A stretch of 64,000 bases of DNA, from contig NC_081354.1 in assembly GCF_030684315.1 (NCBI RefSeq), forward strand, positions 130,983,314 to 131,047,313, written 5' to 3'. Source of the DNA: Stegostoma tigrinum (lineage: Eukaryota). Under the pieces are notes generated by a model that did not search any database, was not told where the DNA came from, and saw only the letters and a list, made by a program, of their open reading frames with translations. Shown one piece after another: positions 26,425 through 38,515 of this stretch (the stretch's first letter is position 1; every line of letters begins with the position of its first letter). Position numbers and translations under genes: made by a program.

Positions 26425-26916
26425 ATGTTTTCCCATTTGGGTAAAATAGATCATTCCAGGCCTGAATGTTGGATGTTTAAAGGGAAGCCTGTAGGAATGG
26501 TTAGCCTAGATAGAGGTATCCCAGCAGCAGTGCAGCTGAACCCAACTACTGAGCCCAGCCACTTGGGAGAATTTGTCTCATGTGTGGCCCAGCCAGACAA
26601 CCACCCTGAGAATGAGAGATTCCATTTTGTCCTGATTGGAACATCACCTTTATATCTTTCCCAGAAGGCAAACCAGTCTATTTGCTTTACTCAGAGCCAC
26701 TGGGATAACCCAATCCCTATTGTGCGGGAGAGTTCTAAACCTTGTCTTTACCCTGTAATAGCAAGTCCCAGACTAGGGGAGTGGGATGAGGGATCATGTC
26801 TGTTCCCCTCCACCTGGGTTCCACTCCAGTGTGGTTTAATCTCAGGCCCCGTAATAACAGGAATTGTCCCTGAACTACTCCTGGCAGGGATAACATTTCT
26901 ATTTGGAATGACGTGA
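26425..26916 (+). mobile_element. Gypsy-type LTR retrotransposon gag/protease relic
   Basis: Decayed zinc knuckle (HLGKIDHSRPECWMFKGKP) and protease C-terminal-like LISGPVITGIVPELLLAGITFLFG. Confidence 0.55.
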
Positions 26917-27109
26917 TTCTATAACTTGATGAACTGTTAAATGTTCAAGTTGTTGATTCAAAGAAGTAAATGAAACTAAAAGGGTTCCATCGAGCAAAAT
27001 AGGTTATACTTGTTTTCCAGGGAGTGGAAGAGAGCACCTCAAGATGAACCAATTCTGTGAGGTTTCAGAAAGGTACAGAAAGCTGAGTTCAATTCATTTG
27101 CCCAGTAGG

Positions 27110-28145
27110 GGACAATAGAACCTAAAATGCAACCCTCCCCATGCGCGGGGTTTCTCTGCCCTGTTATTGGTTGTCTTCTCCTGTAGAGAGGAGAACACGG
27201 GAATCACTGAAATGACAGTGAGTGGTGCAGTTGTTAGTGTTGGTGCATCTGGGGACAAGGTGTTGAAGGAGACTGAAGGACTGAGAAGGTAGTGGAGGGG
27301 GCATGCAGGGTTAATGGTGTGGGTGGTTAAAGGGAAGGGGGAGGGGGAATGACTGGGGTTACTGCACACAATAGTGAGAGTGGCAAACCATGCGTGTTGG
27401 TGGGAGATGGGAGCAGTGGCAAAGATAGTATATGAAGTACCAAAGAGCACTTTGCTTGGCAGAGTAGAGAAGGTCACTGACCTTCTTGCTGTATTGTTGA
27501 CCATTCCTTTACATCCTGGAGATGGCCCTGACTCTGAGAGCAGGCTGGCCATATCTAAGAATGCGACCTCCTCTGTTGGTCACCTGTGAAGAGGGCTGCT
27601 CTGTTTTGCATCCTTCCATCAGACCTCCAGGACACTCAGGGAGATTCATGGCACCAACCTCTCCTTCTCTGATATATTCAGACTTCAAAGCATGGCAGCT
27701 TCAGAATGCCAGAGTATGGACATAAGGGATGACAGTCTATGGCTTGATGCCCACTGGGTGGGCAAGTTGTTCCAGGAACAGCATATGGGAAGAAGGGATG
27801 GACTCTGACTCTTTCTTCTATGTGTGAATATCCAAGGTTCATGCACGGTATTAATTTCCAAAAACATCCAGACATTAATGTGACGCCACCACAATCAGTG
27901 TGGGAAGGACCTTGTAGGAGAGGGAATGTTGGTGAAAATTGGATGTGAATGACACCATGGGGCAGAGTAGATATTTGCGGTGGTATGTTTGGTACTTTAG
28001 GGCAAAGAATTGACCTAATGGACCTTGTCATTTGTAAGTACCTACCACTAATCTTGCGTTTGCTTATATAGGCCATGTGGCAATAAAACCTCCAAAAATC
28101 TTGAGGCAACTCGAAACTAGCTAAAAAAAAATAGGATTCAGCCTA
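27110..28145 (-). mobile_element. Harbinger-derived relic with Myb/SANT fragment
   Basis: The - strand at about 27460-27510 reads RNGQQYSKKVSDLLYSAK (compare RNxxQCRKKVNDL). Confidence 0.55.
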
Positions 28146-28654
28146 GTATCACTGAAAAGATTGATTTCTGTGTTTCAGCTACAAAGTGAGCCAATTTCCA
28201 CCTTATTTCTGATACACCTTCATCAGTGATTCAACAGCATCTGAGCACACATAAAAGGGACGTATATACATTCGACAGGAAGAATTCGAGGGTTTGAGTT
28301 AGAAGGAGAGGCTGAATAGACTGGGACTTTCTTTCCATGAGGCGTAGGAGGTTAAGGACTTAACTTTTGGAAGTTTATAAGATCATGTGAGGCATAGAAA
28401 AGGTGAATAGCAAAGGCCTTTTCCCTAGGGTAGGAGAGCTCAAAGGTAGAGGATATAGGTTTATGATGACAGGGAAAATTGATTAAAAGGGACCCTAAGG
28501 GAAGATTTTTCACACAGAGGGTGGTGCATATATGGAACAGAAGGAGCAGAAGAGGCAAATCAAAACAAACTGGACTATGATCTCTTGTGACTACAGTGAT
28601 AACCCCAGACTTGAAAGCAGGTCTCCCCCTACAGGGGGAATCACAGAGAATCTG

Positions 28655-29990
28655 ATAAAGAACATAGAACATAGAACATAGAACATTACAGCACAGTACA
28701 GGCCCTTCAGCCCTCGATGTTGTGCCGACCTGTCATACCGATTTCAAGCCCATCTAACCTACACTATTCCATCTACGTCCATATGCTTATCTAATGACGA
28801 CTTAAATGTACCTAAAGTTGGCGAATCTACTACCGTTGCAGGCAAAGCGTTTTATTTCCTTACTACGCTCTGAGTAAAGAAACTACCTCTGACATCTGTC
28901 CTATATCTTTCACCCCTCAATTTAAAGCTATGCCCCCTCATGCTCGCCATCACCATCCTAGGAAAAAGGCTCTCCCTATCCACCCTATCTAACCCTCTGA
29001 TTATTTTATATGTTTCCATTAAGTCGCCTCTCAACCTTCTTCTCTCTAATAAAAACAGCCTCAAGTCCCTTAGCCTTTCCTCGTAAGACCTTCCCTCCAT
29101 ACCAGGCAACATCCTAGTAAATCTCCTCTGCACCCTTTCCAAAGCTTCTACATCCTTCTTAGAATGCGGTGACCGGAACTGTACGCAATACTCCAAGTGC
29201 GGCCGCACCAGAGTTTTGTACAGCTGCAGCATAACCTCTTGGTTCCAGAACTCGATCCCTCTATTAATAAAAGCTAAAACACTGTATGCCTTCTTAACAG
29301 CCCTGTCAACCTGGGTGGCAACTTTCAATGATCTGTGTGCATGGACACCGAGATCTCTCTGCTCATCTACACTACCAAGAATCTTCCCATTAGCCCAGTA
29401 CTTTGCATTCCGCTTACTCCTATCAAAGTGCATCACCTCACACTTGTCTGCATTAAACTCCATTTGCCACATCTCAGCCCAGCTCTGCAGCTTATCTATG
29501 TCTCTCTGCAACCTACAGCATCCTTCCTCACTGTCCGCAACTCCACTGACCTTAGTGTCATCTGCAAATTTACTAACCCATCCTTCTACACCCTCATCGA
29601 GGTCATTTATAAAAATGACAAACAGCAGTGGACCCAACACCGACCCTTGTGATACACCACTAGTAACTGGTCTCCAGGATGAACATTTCCCATCAACTAC
29701 CACCCTCTGTCTTCTTTCAGCAAGCCAATTTCCAATCCAAACTGCTATATATCCCACAATTCCATTTGTCTGCATTTTGAACAATAGCCTACTATGGGGA
29801 ACCTTATCGAACGCCTTGCTGAAATCCATATACACCACATCAACCGGTTTACTCTCATCTACCTGTTTGGTCACGTTCTCAAAGAACTCAATAAGGTTCG
29901 TGAGGCACGACCTTTCCTTCACAAAACCGTAGACAATGACGAGTTAAAGATCAATGCCAAAGGCTCGGCAATCTCCTCCCTGGCTTCCCA
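28655..29990 (-). mobile_element. Young 5'-truncated CR1-type LINE
   Basis: (ATAGAAC)n tail at about 28655-28686 and an uninterrupted RT frame. Confidence 0.95.
28852..29922 (-). CDS. CR1 ORF2 reverse transcriptase, partial, open for 356 aa
   Basis: YMDFSKAFDKV, SGVSQGSVLGPLLF, KFADDTK, RPHLEYCVQF. Confidence 0.8.
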   Translation of the reverse strand: MKERSCLTNLIEFFENVTKQVDESKPVDVVYMDFSKAFDKVPHSRLLFKMQTNGIVGYIAVWIGNWLAERRQRVVVDGKCSSWRPVTSGVSQGSVLGPLLFVIFINDLDEGVEGWVSKFADDTKVSGVADSEEGCCRLQRDIDKLQSWAEMWQMEFNADKCEVMHFDRSKRNAKYWANGKILGSVDEQRDLGVHAHRSLKVATQVDRAVKKAYSVLAFINRGIEFWNQEVMLQLYKTLVRPHLEYCVQFRSPHSKKDVEALERVQRRFTRMLPGMEGRSYEERLRDLRLFLLERRRLRGDLMETYKIIRGLDRVDRESLFPRMVMASMRGHSFKLRGERYRTDVRGSFFTQSVVRK

Positions 29991-30289
29991 GGGAGAGAGA
30001 CGATATTCCTGTGGCTTAATCTGTTGGGTTATGGGCCTTCCCCTCCTTACAGCCTTACATTCCAATCGGCTCTATTTTACCACTTGAACATCAGCCACAT
30101 TGAGTTAGCATCCTCCGCACTCTGTAGGGAAACAATGCCACCATCGACAAAGGGTGAGGCTGCAAGATCGCTGCCTAATCAGGCTGTTAACAACGTTAAT
30201 TGGCTGCCTGTTTCCGTGGAGCAATGGGAATTCCCATCAGTGGAAATACATTACAGAGCAGTACTGTAAACAACAAATGATGGAGACCA

Positions 30290-30806
30290 GAGATAGCAAG
30301 AACTGTAGATGCTAGAGTCAGAGGTAACACAGTGTGGAGCTAGAGGAACACAGCAGACCAGGCAGCATCAGAGGAGCAGGAAAGCTGATGTTTCAGGGCG
30401 GAACCCTTCTTCAGAACTGAGGAGGGCAAAAGGAGCTTGGAAATAAATAGGGAGTGGAGGAGTGAGGCTAGGAAAAGTAGTTTGGAGGGAAGATAGACAT
30501 GTTGTGTCAGGTTGGGGAGGCGGGAATGAGAGGGAGGATTGGGCATAGCATGAGGCCAGGGGTGGGGAGATTTTAACACTCATAAATTCCATGTTTAAGC
30601 CATTGGGCTGTAGGCTCCTGAGGTGGAATATGAGGCGCTGCTCCTCCAGTTTGCAGATGGTGTCATTGTGGCACTGAAGGAGGCCCAGGACGGATATGTC
30701 ACCAGGGAGTGGGAGGGGGCGACCAGAAGGCGTTGTTGTTTGTCATGTACATAGTGCAGATGCTCTATGAAACAATCTCTGAGTCTTTGCTTAGTCTCAC
30801 CAATGT
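30290..30806 (-). mobile_element. Degenerate PLE family A copy (GIY-YIG C-terminus plus terminal repeat)
   Basis: The - strand encodes IGETKQRL and KLEEQRLIFHL; terminal repeat at about 30290-30416. Confidence 0.8.
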
Positions 30807-30809
30807 CCG

Positions 30810-30978
30810 GAGATCACAGTAGGTCAGGTAGCATCCATGGAGAGAGACCAAACTAATGTTTTGAGTCTAGCTGACTCTTCATCTGGACTCGAAACGTTCG
30901 CTTCCTCTCTCCCCATGGATACTGCTGTGATCTCCAGCATTTGCTGTTTTCGGTTCAGATTCCATCATCAGCAGTCAT
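30810..30978. mobile_element. PLE-type hairpin (family D-like)
   Basis: Inverted arms AGATCACAG...CCATGGAGAGAGA / TCTCTCCCCATGG...CTGTGATCT around GACTCGAAACGTT. Confidence 0.6.
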
Positions 30979-32110
30979 TTATTCCTGTATTACAGAGCAG
31001 CATTGACAGAGCAATGGAATATTAAAATATTATAAATATTATAAATATTTGCGGACCAAGGGGTTGCTGATATATGTTGATGGCGAAGTGAAAACTTAAA
31101 ACTGAGTTTGTGTGTCACAACACCTGTGCTGCAGATAGTAGCTTTGTCTGTTACAGTATTAACATAGGTTTGGATTAAATTTTATTTACACTTTAGGAAC
31201 TGCAAATATTGCAAATCACTTTTACTTGTGCTCAATGCACATATGATAAAAATAATTGCCTCTAATTTGTTGAGTAAATATTCTCTTAACTTTCACCTGA
31301 AGAAGTTCTATATTTTTTCAGTGAAGCCAAGAATTCATTTTCAAGTGAGAGATCAAACAATGTACCGACGTCAGCACACATTGTGGTTTTGCTCCGGTAA
31401 TGCCTGCAGGGCAAAATGACACCAAGTTCCATGAAACAAAGGGAAGGTGGCAAAGACAATAGCAAGGGGCACCTGCAAATGATTTTTAATTATCCTGTTA
31501 TGGGTAAATTTATTTTGGGTAGTCTGTAGCAGATATAGAATGAGAATAAGTTTGCATCTCAGATGTGATGCATATCTCAACATCTCATCCAAGTTTAAAG
31601 TCATGTTCGTGAAAGTCCAACTTTAAATTAAACAACATTAAGCAAATTGAATTTTACCATTAAAAGAAATGCAAAGCTTAGTTTGGCTCTCTTGAATGTT
31701 TCTCTGCAGATAAGAAACCATTATACAGCAAATTCCTACAATAAATAGCTTTCAATGTTGGTCCCAATGGCAGACGCTGGAGGTTTGACCGTAAAAGTAG
31801 GTGTAGAGGTGGGGGTGGGTCGGTTTGCAGGGAGCAGCAAAAGGGGAGAGTGGATGGAGGCCGGAGAAGAAGAGGAAGAGAATGGAGACAGAGCAGCAAC
31901 TGAAACACTGGGCATTATTCCCTCTTATGATGCTGTGTCATGCAGACCTGAAAAATGGGAGAGGCAACCACTTGGAACTAGGTAGAGCTTTCCTGTGCAA
32001 TTACATTCCTTAATGTCCATTACACATGCAGACAGGCATTGTCTGCGTCCTTTGTGAGGACCTTCAGTTGCACTCCAACTTTGAATCCTGACTCCTACTC
32101 AAGCCCAGAG

Positions 32111-34190
32111 ATGGCAAAGCAGAGGCAGAAAATAGCGCCCAAATGTGGTAACTATTTCTTTGAGTTGTTTCTGGAAACTGTGCATGAATACAGGGACATC
32201 CAGAGATGGCAACACAAGGCCACTCCATGAAGGCAATATGGGGAGAGATGGCTGAGACAGTCAGCACATTAGCAACCCAGGACTGTGACTGGATAGAGGG
32301 TCACACAAGGAAGAACGATCAGCTGCAATCTGTCAAAGAAGGGGGTCACTCTCTGCTAATTCCTCCATGACCCTGTGACGATACTGTACCATTGTTAGCT
32401 TGCCACATGGACATTCTTAGATGAGGGACAATTCCATCATATGCCTCAAGTCTAATCAGTCTCTCACTTCATTGCACTCACCCATGTTGGAATAAGAGAT
32501 GCACAGTGATACTGCATGTCACACGTCTGCCATGGTTGACACTTCAAAGAAAATGGGACCTACAAACACACAACTACTCACATACCCACAGCCTACTCAC
32601 CGTCCATCACAGCTAGGAGAACCTACACATTGTATATGTTCTCACTAAAGGCTGAACTGGAACCAGGTCACCACCACAAAATTTTGCTTGAGCAGTGACA
32701 CCATAGATATATATCATGCATGCACATCATAGAAAATAGGCACAAGAGTTGGTCATTGGCCCATCAAGTCTTCTACCTCAGCACAGTACTTCTGTTCTCT
32801 CATTGTACCACCCTATACCTTTAGGCTCTAAAACTTTACTTCTTTCTGAAAATATCCAGTAACCATCCACTGCTGTAACTAAATGCAAAAATTAAATCTG
32901 TGATCTGTCCAGGCAGGTTTCTCTCTGGGACCTGGCCTATCCAGTACCACTATCAACTGAAGTCATCTACTCCACCGTTCCTTGGTGAAACTGTTTCTCA
33001 ACTCCATTGTCTTGCCACAATCATTGTTACGTCTTTTACAAACAAAAGAAAATCAAACCCAGATATAAAATTATGCCAGATGAATGCCATTAAGATTTTT
33101 TTTATTCATTCAGAGGATGTGGGTGTCACAAGCTAGACCAACATTTATTGCCCGGAGGACAGTTATGAGTGAACTATATTGCTGTGGGTATGGAGTCACA
33201 TGTCCGCCAATCCAGATAAGGATAGCAGTTTCCTTCCCTGAAGGACTTCAGTGAACCAAATGGGTTTTTTTTCCCAACAATCAACAATGGATTCACGGCC
33301 ACCATTAGACTCTGAATTCCAGGTAGTTATTGAATCCAAAATCTACAGTCTGCCGTGGTGGGATTCAAACTCAGGTCTTCCCAAACATTTCCTGGGTCTC
33401 TGAATTAACAGTCCAGTGCTAATACCACTAGGCCATTGTTCCCCACATGGTGGATGTTAAATGAGTGGGAGATTTGAAGAGTATTTATGAGTTAAAATGG
33501 GGATTGCAGTTCTATATTTTGAGCATGAGTTTAAATTGATTTAAACTGAAGTTGCACTAAAATCCATCAATCCAATTCTTTCACAACAGACAAGCACCTT
33601 TCATTTAGGATCTTCTCAGTCATAACATCTGCCATAAGCACTTTCTTCTTACTTGGGGAACACTTAGACAATGGCAGCCTGTGGGTTCATATCTGCAGCT
33701 GTGGCTATCATTGCAGGCAAATAATTTATACACCAGCAGTAATGTCCCTTAATGCCTCTACCATCCTGCAGGACAAGAACTTGGACAGCTAGAGAGACCA
33801 TGGCAAGACAGAGAACAGCATGCCCAAACCCTGGATCGTCACCATATTTGAGGAGCAGGCTGCCAAGTGGGGTGGCAAGAGAACATGGGAGCAGGCCCAC
33901 ACAGGATTTGATATGCCCACCTATCTAGGCAACAAAGCACCATGCTGCTTCTTATGTATTGTCACCAAGTTTAATGCAATCTTTGGTAAAGATGGTGCCT
34001 CAAAATTCTAACACACCTTTATGATTTTTTTATTTTCTCTGCAGCTGCTGAATCACAACCATAGAACTGTTGAGGACATTGAAGTATCCCAGCCCCAGCC
34101 CCAGCAGATACAAATCTCCCAGCCCCCATCAGCACATATCCCAGGAGGAGCAGCTAGGGCCCTCAGTGTGAGCATTGCCACCTTTAGCAG
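32111..34190 (+). pseudogene. Fossil Harbinger Myb/SANT gene, three apparent exons
   Basis: MAKQRQKIAPKCGNYFFELFLETV (32111); DKNLDS*RDHGKT...IVTIFEEQA after the AG at 33770-71; AG/GT-bounded segment 34045-34190; in-frame stops. Confidence 0.5.
33100..33440 (-). mobile_element. tRNA-derived SINE, family B
   Basis: Reverse complement of family B. Confidence 0.8.
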
Positions 34191-34589
34191 GTAATTATGT
34201 AAAGGCCACATTTATAAAACGTTTTACTTTATTTTTAATTGTGGATTGAATCAGAAAAAGTATTGCTTTTAAACCCATGACTGCAAAAGGAATTGCTGCA
34301 CTTTTAAAATGCAAGCTACTGAATCTCATTGTATTTTGTGCTTACACTGCTGCTTTGTTCAAGCAATAGTGGGAAGCAGTTTGCAAATAAGCTAGGCCAG
34401 GGGGTGTATACAAAGTGACATTCAGCAAACTACAAGTTTCCCATTGGTTTGTGGAGTCATAACAGGTTGTGAATGCCATGTGGGTATGAAGAATATTACC
34501 AAAAGCCTTCAGACTGCTGGAAGGGAAGATTGTGTGTGACTCTCTCCAGTTGGCTGTTGCTTTTTGAGACTTTCAGAAATTTTATCATT

Positions 34590-35565
34590 AACAAGGCCTT
34601 CAATAATGTTTCACTTAAAAGATTACGATGTAAAAGTAAAGAGCATGCAATTAGAGATATGGACAGCAAACTGGTTGGCAGACAAGAAACAAAAAATAGG
34701 AGTAAACAGGTATTTTTCTGAGTGGCAGGCAACAACCAGACGAGTATGCCACGATCAGTGCTTTGATCCCAGCTATTCACAATATCTGCAAATTTGCAGA
34801 TGACACAAAGCTGGGTGAGAGGGTGAACAGTCAGGAGGGTAAAAAGATGCTTCAATGTAATTTGAACAAGTAGAGAATGGGCAAATCCATGGCAGATGAG
34901 GTATAATGTGAATAAATATGGGATTATCCACTTTGGTAGCAAAAACAGAAAGAGGGATTATTATTGTATATACCCACTATTGCCCCATATGCCTGAATAC
35001 CTTTGCTTAACAAAACTTTTTCTACCTCAGATTTAAAATTAAGAACTGATCCTGCATCAACTGCCATTTGGGGAAGAGAGTTCCAAGCCTCCCCTACTTT
35101 TTGCGTTAGAAGTTCTTCGTAACATTTCTCCTAAATGGTCTGGCCCTAATTTTTGGTCTATGTCCCCTAAGTCTAGAATCTCCAACCAGTGGGAATAGCT
35201 TTGTTAACTATTCAGTCTTTTTCTGTTAACTCAAAGATTTCAATCAGATCACATTCTAAATTCTAGAGAAAGTTAACCTAATTTGTATAATCTCTCCTCA
35301 TAACTTAATCCTGCTGTCCTGAAGCAGTGGTAGATTGAAAAGGCAAGAGGTGAAACAAGATTTAGGTATCATTAACTCATCACTGAAAGTAAGCATGTAG
35401 GTGAAGAAGGCAGATACTATGTTGGTTGTCACCTTGAGAGGGTCCAAGCACAGGAGCAGCGATTACTTACTGCAATTATTCAGGGCCTTGGTGAGACCAC
35501 ACTTGGAGTATTATCTTCAGGTTTGTTTTACTTATCTGAGGAAGGATGTTCTGGCTTTGGAAGGA
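34590..35565. mobile_element. CR1 RT fragment (+) interrupted by a CR1 3' fragment (-, about 34965-35320)
   Basis: KFADDTKLG at about 34790 and ALVRPHLEYY at about 35490. Confidence 0.75.
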
Positions 35566-37234
35566 AAGCAACTAGTCCTGCTCATAATTTATGTATTTAT
35601 AGTTCTGAAAGCTCTAGGCTTGCCTGGAAAACTTTGTCCAACATCCTGAGTGCTGGGCCAAGGAACCTGCTAGACTTTCTCGAGTTAACTTGTGGAGGCT
35701 AGTAACTAGCAGCACCTTGGTTGATGGAAAGCAGGGCGAGCAGACCAGTGAAAACTGCAGAAACAACATTATAGCTAACAGTGCAGTGTTTAAAAGGATA
35801 TATATTCCTTATTTTGTCAGCAATGTTATAATGACACTGTGTAGACGAGTCAAGTGAAGAATTACTGTATCTTGAAATTGCAAAACACAATAGGATATAA
35901 ATGTAACAATTTACATACTACTGGTGGATATTCTTTGTGGTTGCTCACTGTAAATAAGCCGATACAATGAGTGAGAGATCCTATATGAGCCTTTGATGCA
36001 AGCTCAATTCACCACCCGTCAGCATCAGAAAGTGCCATCATAATTGGCTTGAGCATTATTGGATACCAAGTACTTGACCAGAGTATCCACCCAATGTACC
36101 TGTAGTACACTTTCTAAGGTACAGAATGTGCAGCATTAATTGAATTTCTAGCTTAATGTTTTGTAACCACAGTTTATGCCATTGCATCAGGGACACAAAT
36201 TTATCTGTTCCAGTAAATCAAATTTTATTTATATTAAATTGTGCTCTGATTTTTTTTCTGCTTGGAATTTACATTTATTAATTCAGCAAGTCCATTATTT
36301 TGTGAAAGCAGTAAAGAATTAATATTTCAGAGCAGCTGTCGTAAATTTACCACTCCAGGGCCTCGAGTTTATTATCCAAGCTGACATTATCTGATAGAGA
36401 TAGCATCTTTCAGGGAAACTTTAATTTAAGTCACAGATAACCTTGCAGGTAGATGATGATTCAAGATAGTGTTCAAAGATGGGGTGGAGAGTTTTCCTGG
36501 TGTCACAGCTGCAAAAACCAACAAGTGCAATTTATCTTATGCTGCTTATGGAAACCAGCAGGACACAAATTGGCTGCCATATCTGTCCAAAAGGAATGTT
36601 CTCGCTAAGCTGCGCGCTCACTGGGTACCACTGTGAGGTTCCGCCAAGGTCCCACACACATCACTTGCATATGCGTTGACTCTCGTTTTGGAAGTTACTG
36701 CCCGACACAGGCCTCAGAGGTCTGCGCACCGAGAAACAAATTAGAGCGACTATTACCTACAAGTGCTCACATTCTAAAACCTTTATATTGTGTATAAACC
36801 AGATAAGTCAGGACTATTTGCCATTTGGAGGAGCAGTATAAGCAGTCTGGACAGAAACTTCAAGCAATGAAATTCCTGGGTGTGGACGGTGGGGAGGGTG
36901 TGAATCACCTGCCCCCCTCACTTGGTTGCCACAAGGTTAACTTTAATAGGATCCCTTTTGGGCACTTTCCTCTCAGACCCAAATGAACTCATCTTTTAAA
37001 AGAACACAATTTAACCAGGTTTTCTTGAATTGCCAAAAAGGGTGAGGGTGAAATCTTATAGGGCTCTCAGTGACAAAGGCTACAGCAGCATTTTATAGTT
37101 TTCACAAATGATATGCTCAGTTTCTTGGTAGGCAGTGATATATGGCCAATTGGAGCGGGGGGGAGGTTAAAGGGGCTTTAAGGGGATTTCTTGAAAATTA
37201 ATTAACAGGCCTTTAACTAAGGCTTTTTTTCACT

Positions 37235-37340
37235 TGTGCGATGTGGATACCATTGGCTGGCCAGCATTTTTTTATTGCCTGTCCCTAGTTGCCCTTGAGA
37301 AGGTGGTGATGAGTTGTTGCCTTGAAACACTGCATTCCAC
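37235..37340 (-). mobile_element. 3' tail of a LINE, shared with SINE family B
   Basis: GCCAGCATTT...TATTGCCTGTCCCTAGTTGCCCTTGAGAAGGTGGTG. Confidence 0.6.
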
Positions 37341-37544
37341 ATTATAATTGGCCAGTAATGATGTGGAGGCCAATGTGGGGGTGCCGGTGTTAAACTGGGG
37401 TGGGCAAGGTCAGAGGTCACACGACACCGGGTTATAGTTCCGACAGGTTTATTTGAAATCACAAGCTTTCAGAGCATTGCCCCTTCATCAAGTTGGCTCC
37501 AAAAGCTTGTGGCTTCAAATAAACCTGTTAGATTGTAACCTGGT

Positions 37545-37636
37545 TAACAAAGTGTGGAGCTGGATGAACACAGCAGGCCAAGCAGCATCTCAGGAGCACA
37601 AAAGCTGACGTTTCGGGCCTAGGCCCTTCATCAGAG
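37545..37636 (-). mobile_element. Solo 92-bp PLE family A repeat
   Basis: 15-bp TSD AGATTGTAACCTGGT (37530-44 / 37637-51). Confidence 0.92.
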
Positions 37637-37638
37637 AG
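37604..37638 (-). ncRNA. Minimal type I hammerhead ribozyme (intact core)
   Basis: - strand: CTGATGA-A-GGGCCTAGGCCC-GAAAC-GTC-AG. Confidence 0.75.
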
Positions 37639-37802
37639 ATTGTAACCTGGTGTCGTCTGACTTCTGACATTAATATTCTATCTTATCAAATTTGCCAAAC
37701 AAGCAAGAGGCTGATAAATCTCAACAAGTAAATCAGAGTGGGTGGTTGGTAACTTTATCTCATTGCTTGCCCTCAATGTTGGACACTGGGCAACACCATC
37801 AT

Positions 37803-37897
37803 AGAGTAACAAGGGGTAGAGCTGGATGAACACAGCAGGCCAAGCAACATCAGAGGAGCAGGAAAGCTGATGTTTCAGGCCTAGGCCCTTTTTCAGA
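37803..37897 (-). mobile_element. Solo PLE family A repeat, degenerate hammerhead
   Basis: Family A match; core reads CTGAAAA...TGAAACATC. Confidence 0.8.
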
Positions 37898-37989
37898 ATA
37901 TGCTGCATTTACAGACATTAGCGTCTGCTAGACATAGCCTCTAACTATCCTAATCTCTGACCTAGACAGTGATACCCTCGGGCAATGAA

Positions 37990-38395
37990 AGAATAAAAAA
38001 ATCACCCTATCCATGACACTCGTGATTTTAAAACTTCTAAAAGGTTACCCCACAGCATCTAGCACTCCAGGGGAAACAGGCCCAGCGTATTCAGCCTCTC
38101 CCCATAGCTTAAACCCTCCAACCCTGGCAACATCCTTGTAAATCTTTTTTGCACTGGTCTTACGTTTACTCGTATCTTTCCGTAGAAGATAGGCCATAAT
38201 TTATGCAAAATTCTAAAAGTGGCCTCACCAATGTAATGTACAGCTGCACACGACATCCCAACTCCTATACTTAATGCCCTGACCAACCAACGGAAGCGTG
38301 TCAAATGCTTCCTTCACCACTCTGACTACCTGCAATTCCACTTGCAACGAACTATGCACTTATACTCCTAGGTAAGTTTGGCAACATTCCCCAGT
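37990..38395 (-). mobile_element. CR1-type LINE fragment
   Basis: VQKRFTRMLPGLEGLSYGERLNTLGLFPLE. Confidence 0.8.
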
Positions 38396-38515
38396 GCCAT
38401 AAAGTTAACTTATGCTGGCAAAGTGTAGAAGCTCATTGACCTACAGTGCTCGGAGACTCCATTAGATGGCAGAGACTGCACTGACCTCAGTGTAACTTCA
38501 GACCGAAGAGATAAT

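Larger units (their letters stand above)
37409..37668. mobile_element. PLE family B hairpin interrupted by a family A insert
   Basis: Left arm GTCAGAGGTCACACGACACC...TTTGAAATCACAAGCTTT pairs with AAAGCTTGTGGCTTCAAATAAACCTGT...GGTGTCGTCTGACTTCTGAC; decayed hammerhead TTGATGAAGGGGCAATGCTCTGAAAGCTTG on the - strand. Confidence 0.75.

Noticed and set aside
29216-29932. 238-aa + strand ORF and similar ORFs (40151, 15834, 47112, 55460)
   Set aside because: Antisense shadows of LINE or PLE coding sequence.
31015-31050. AT-rich (ATAAATATT) repeats
   Set aside because: Simple low-complexity slippage.
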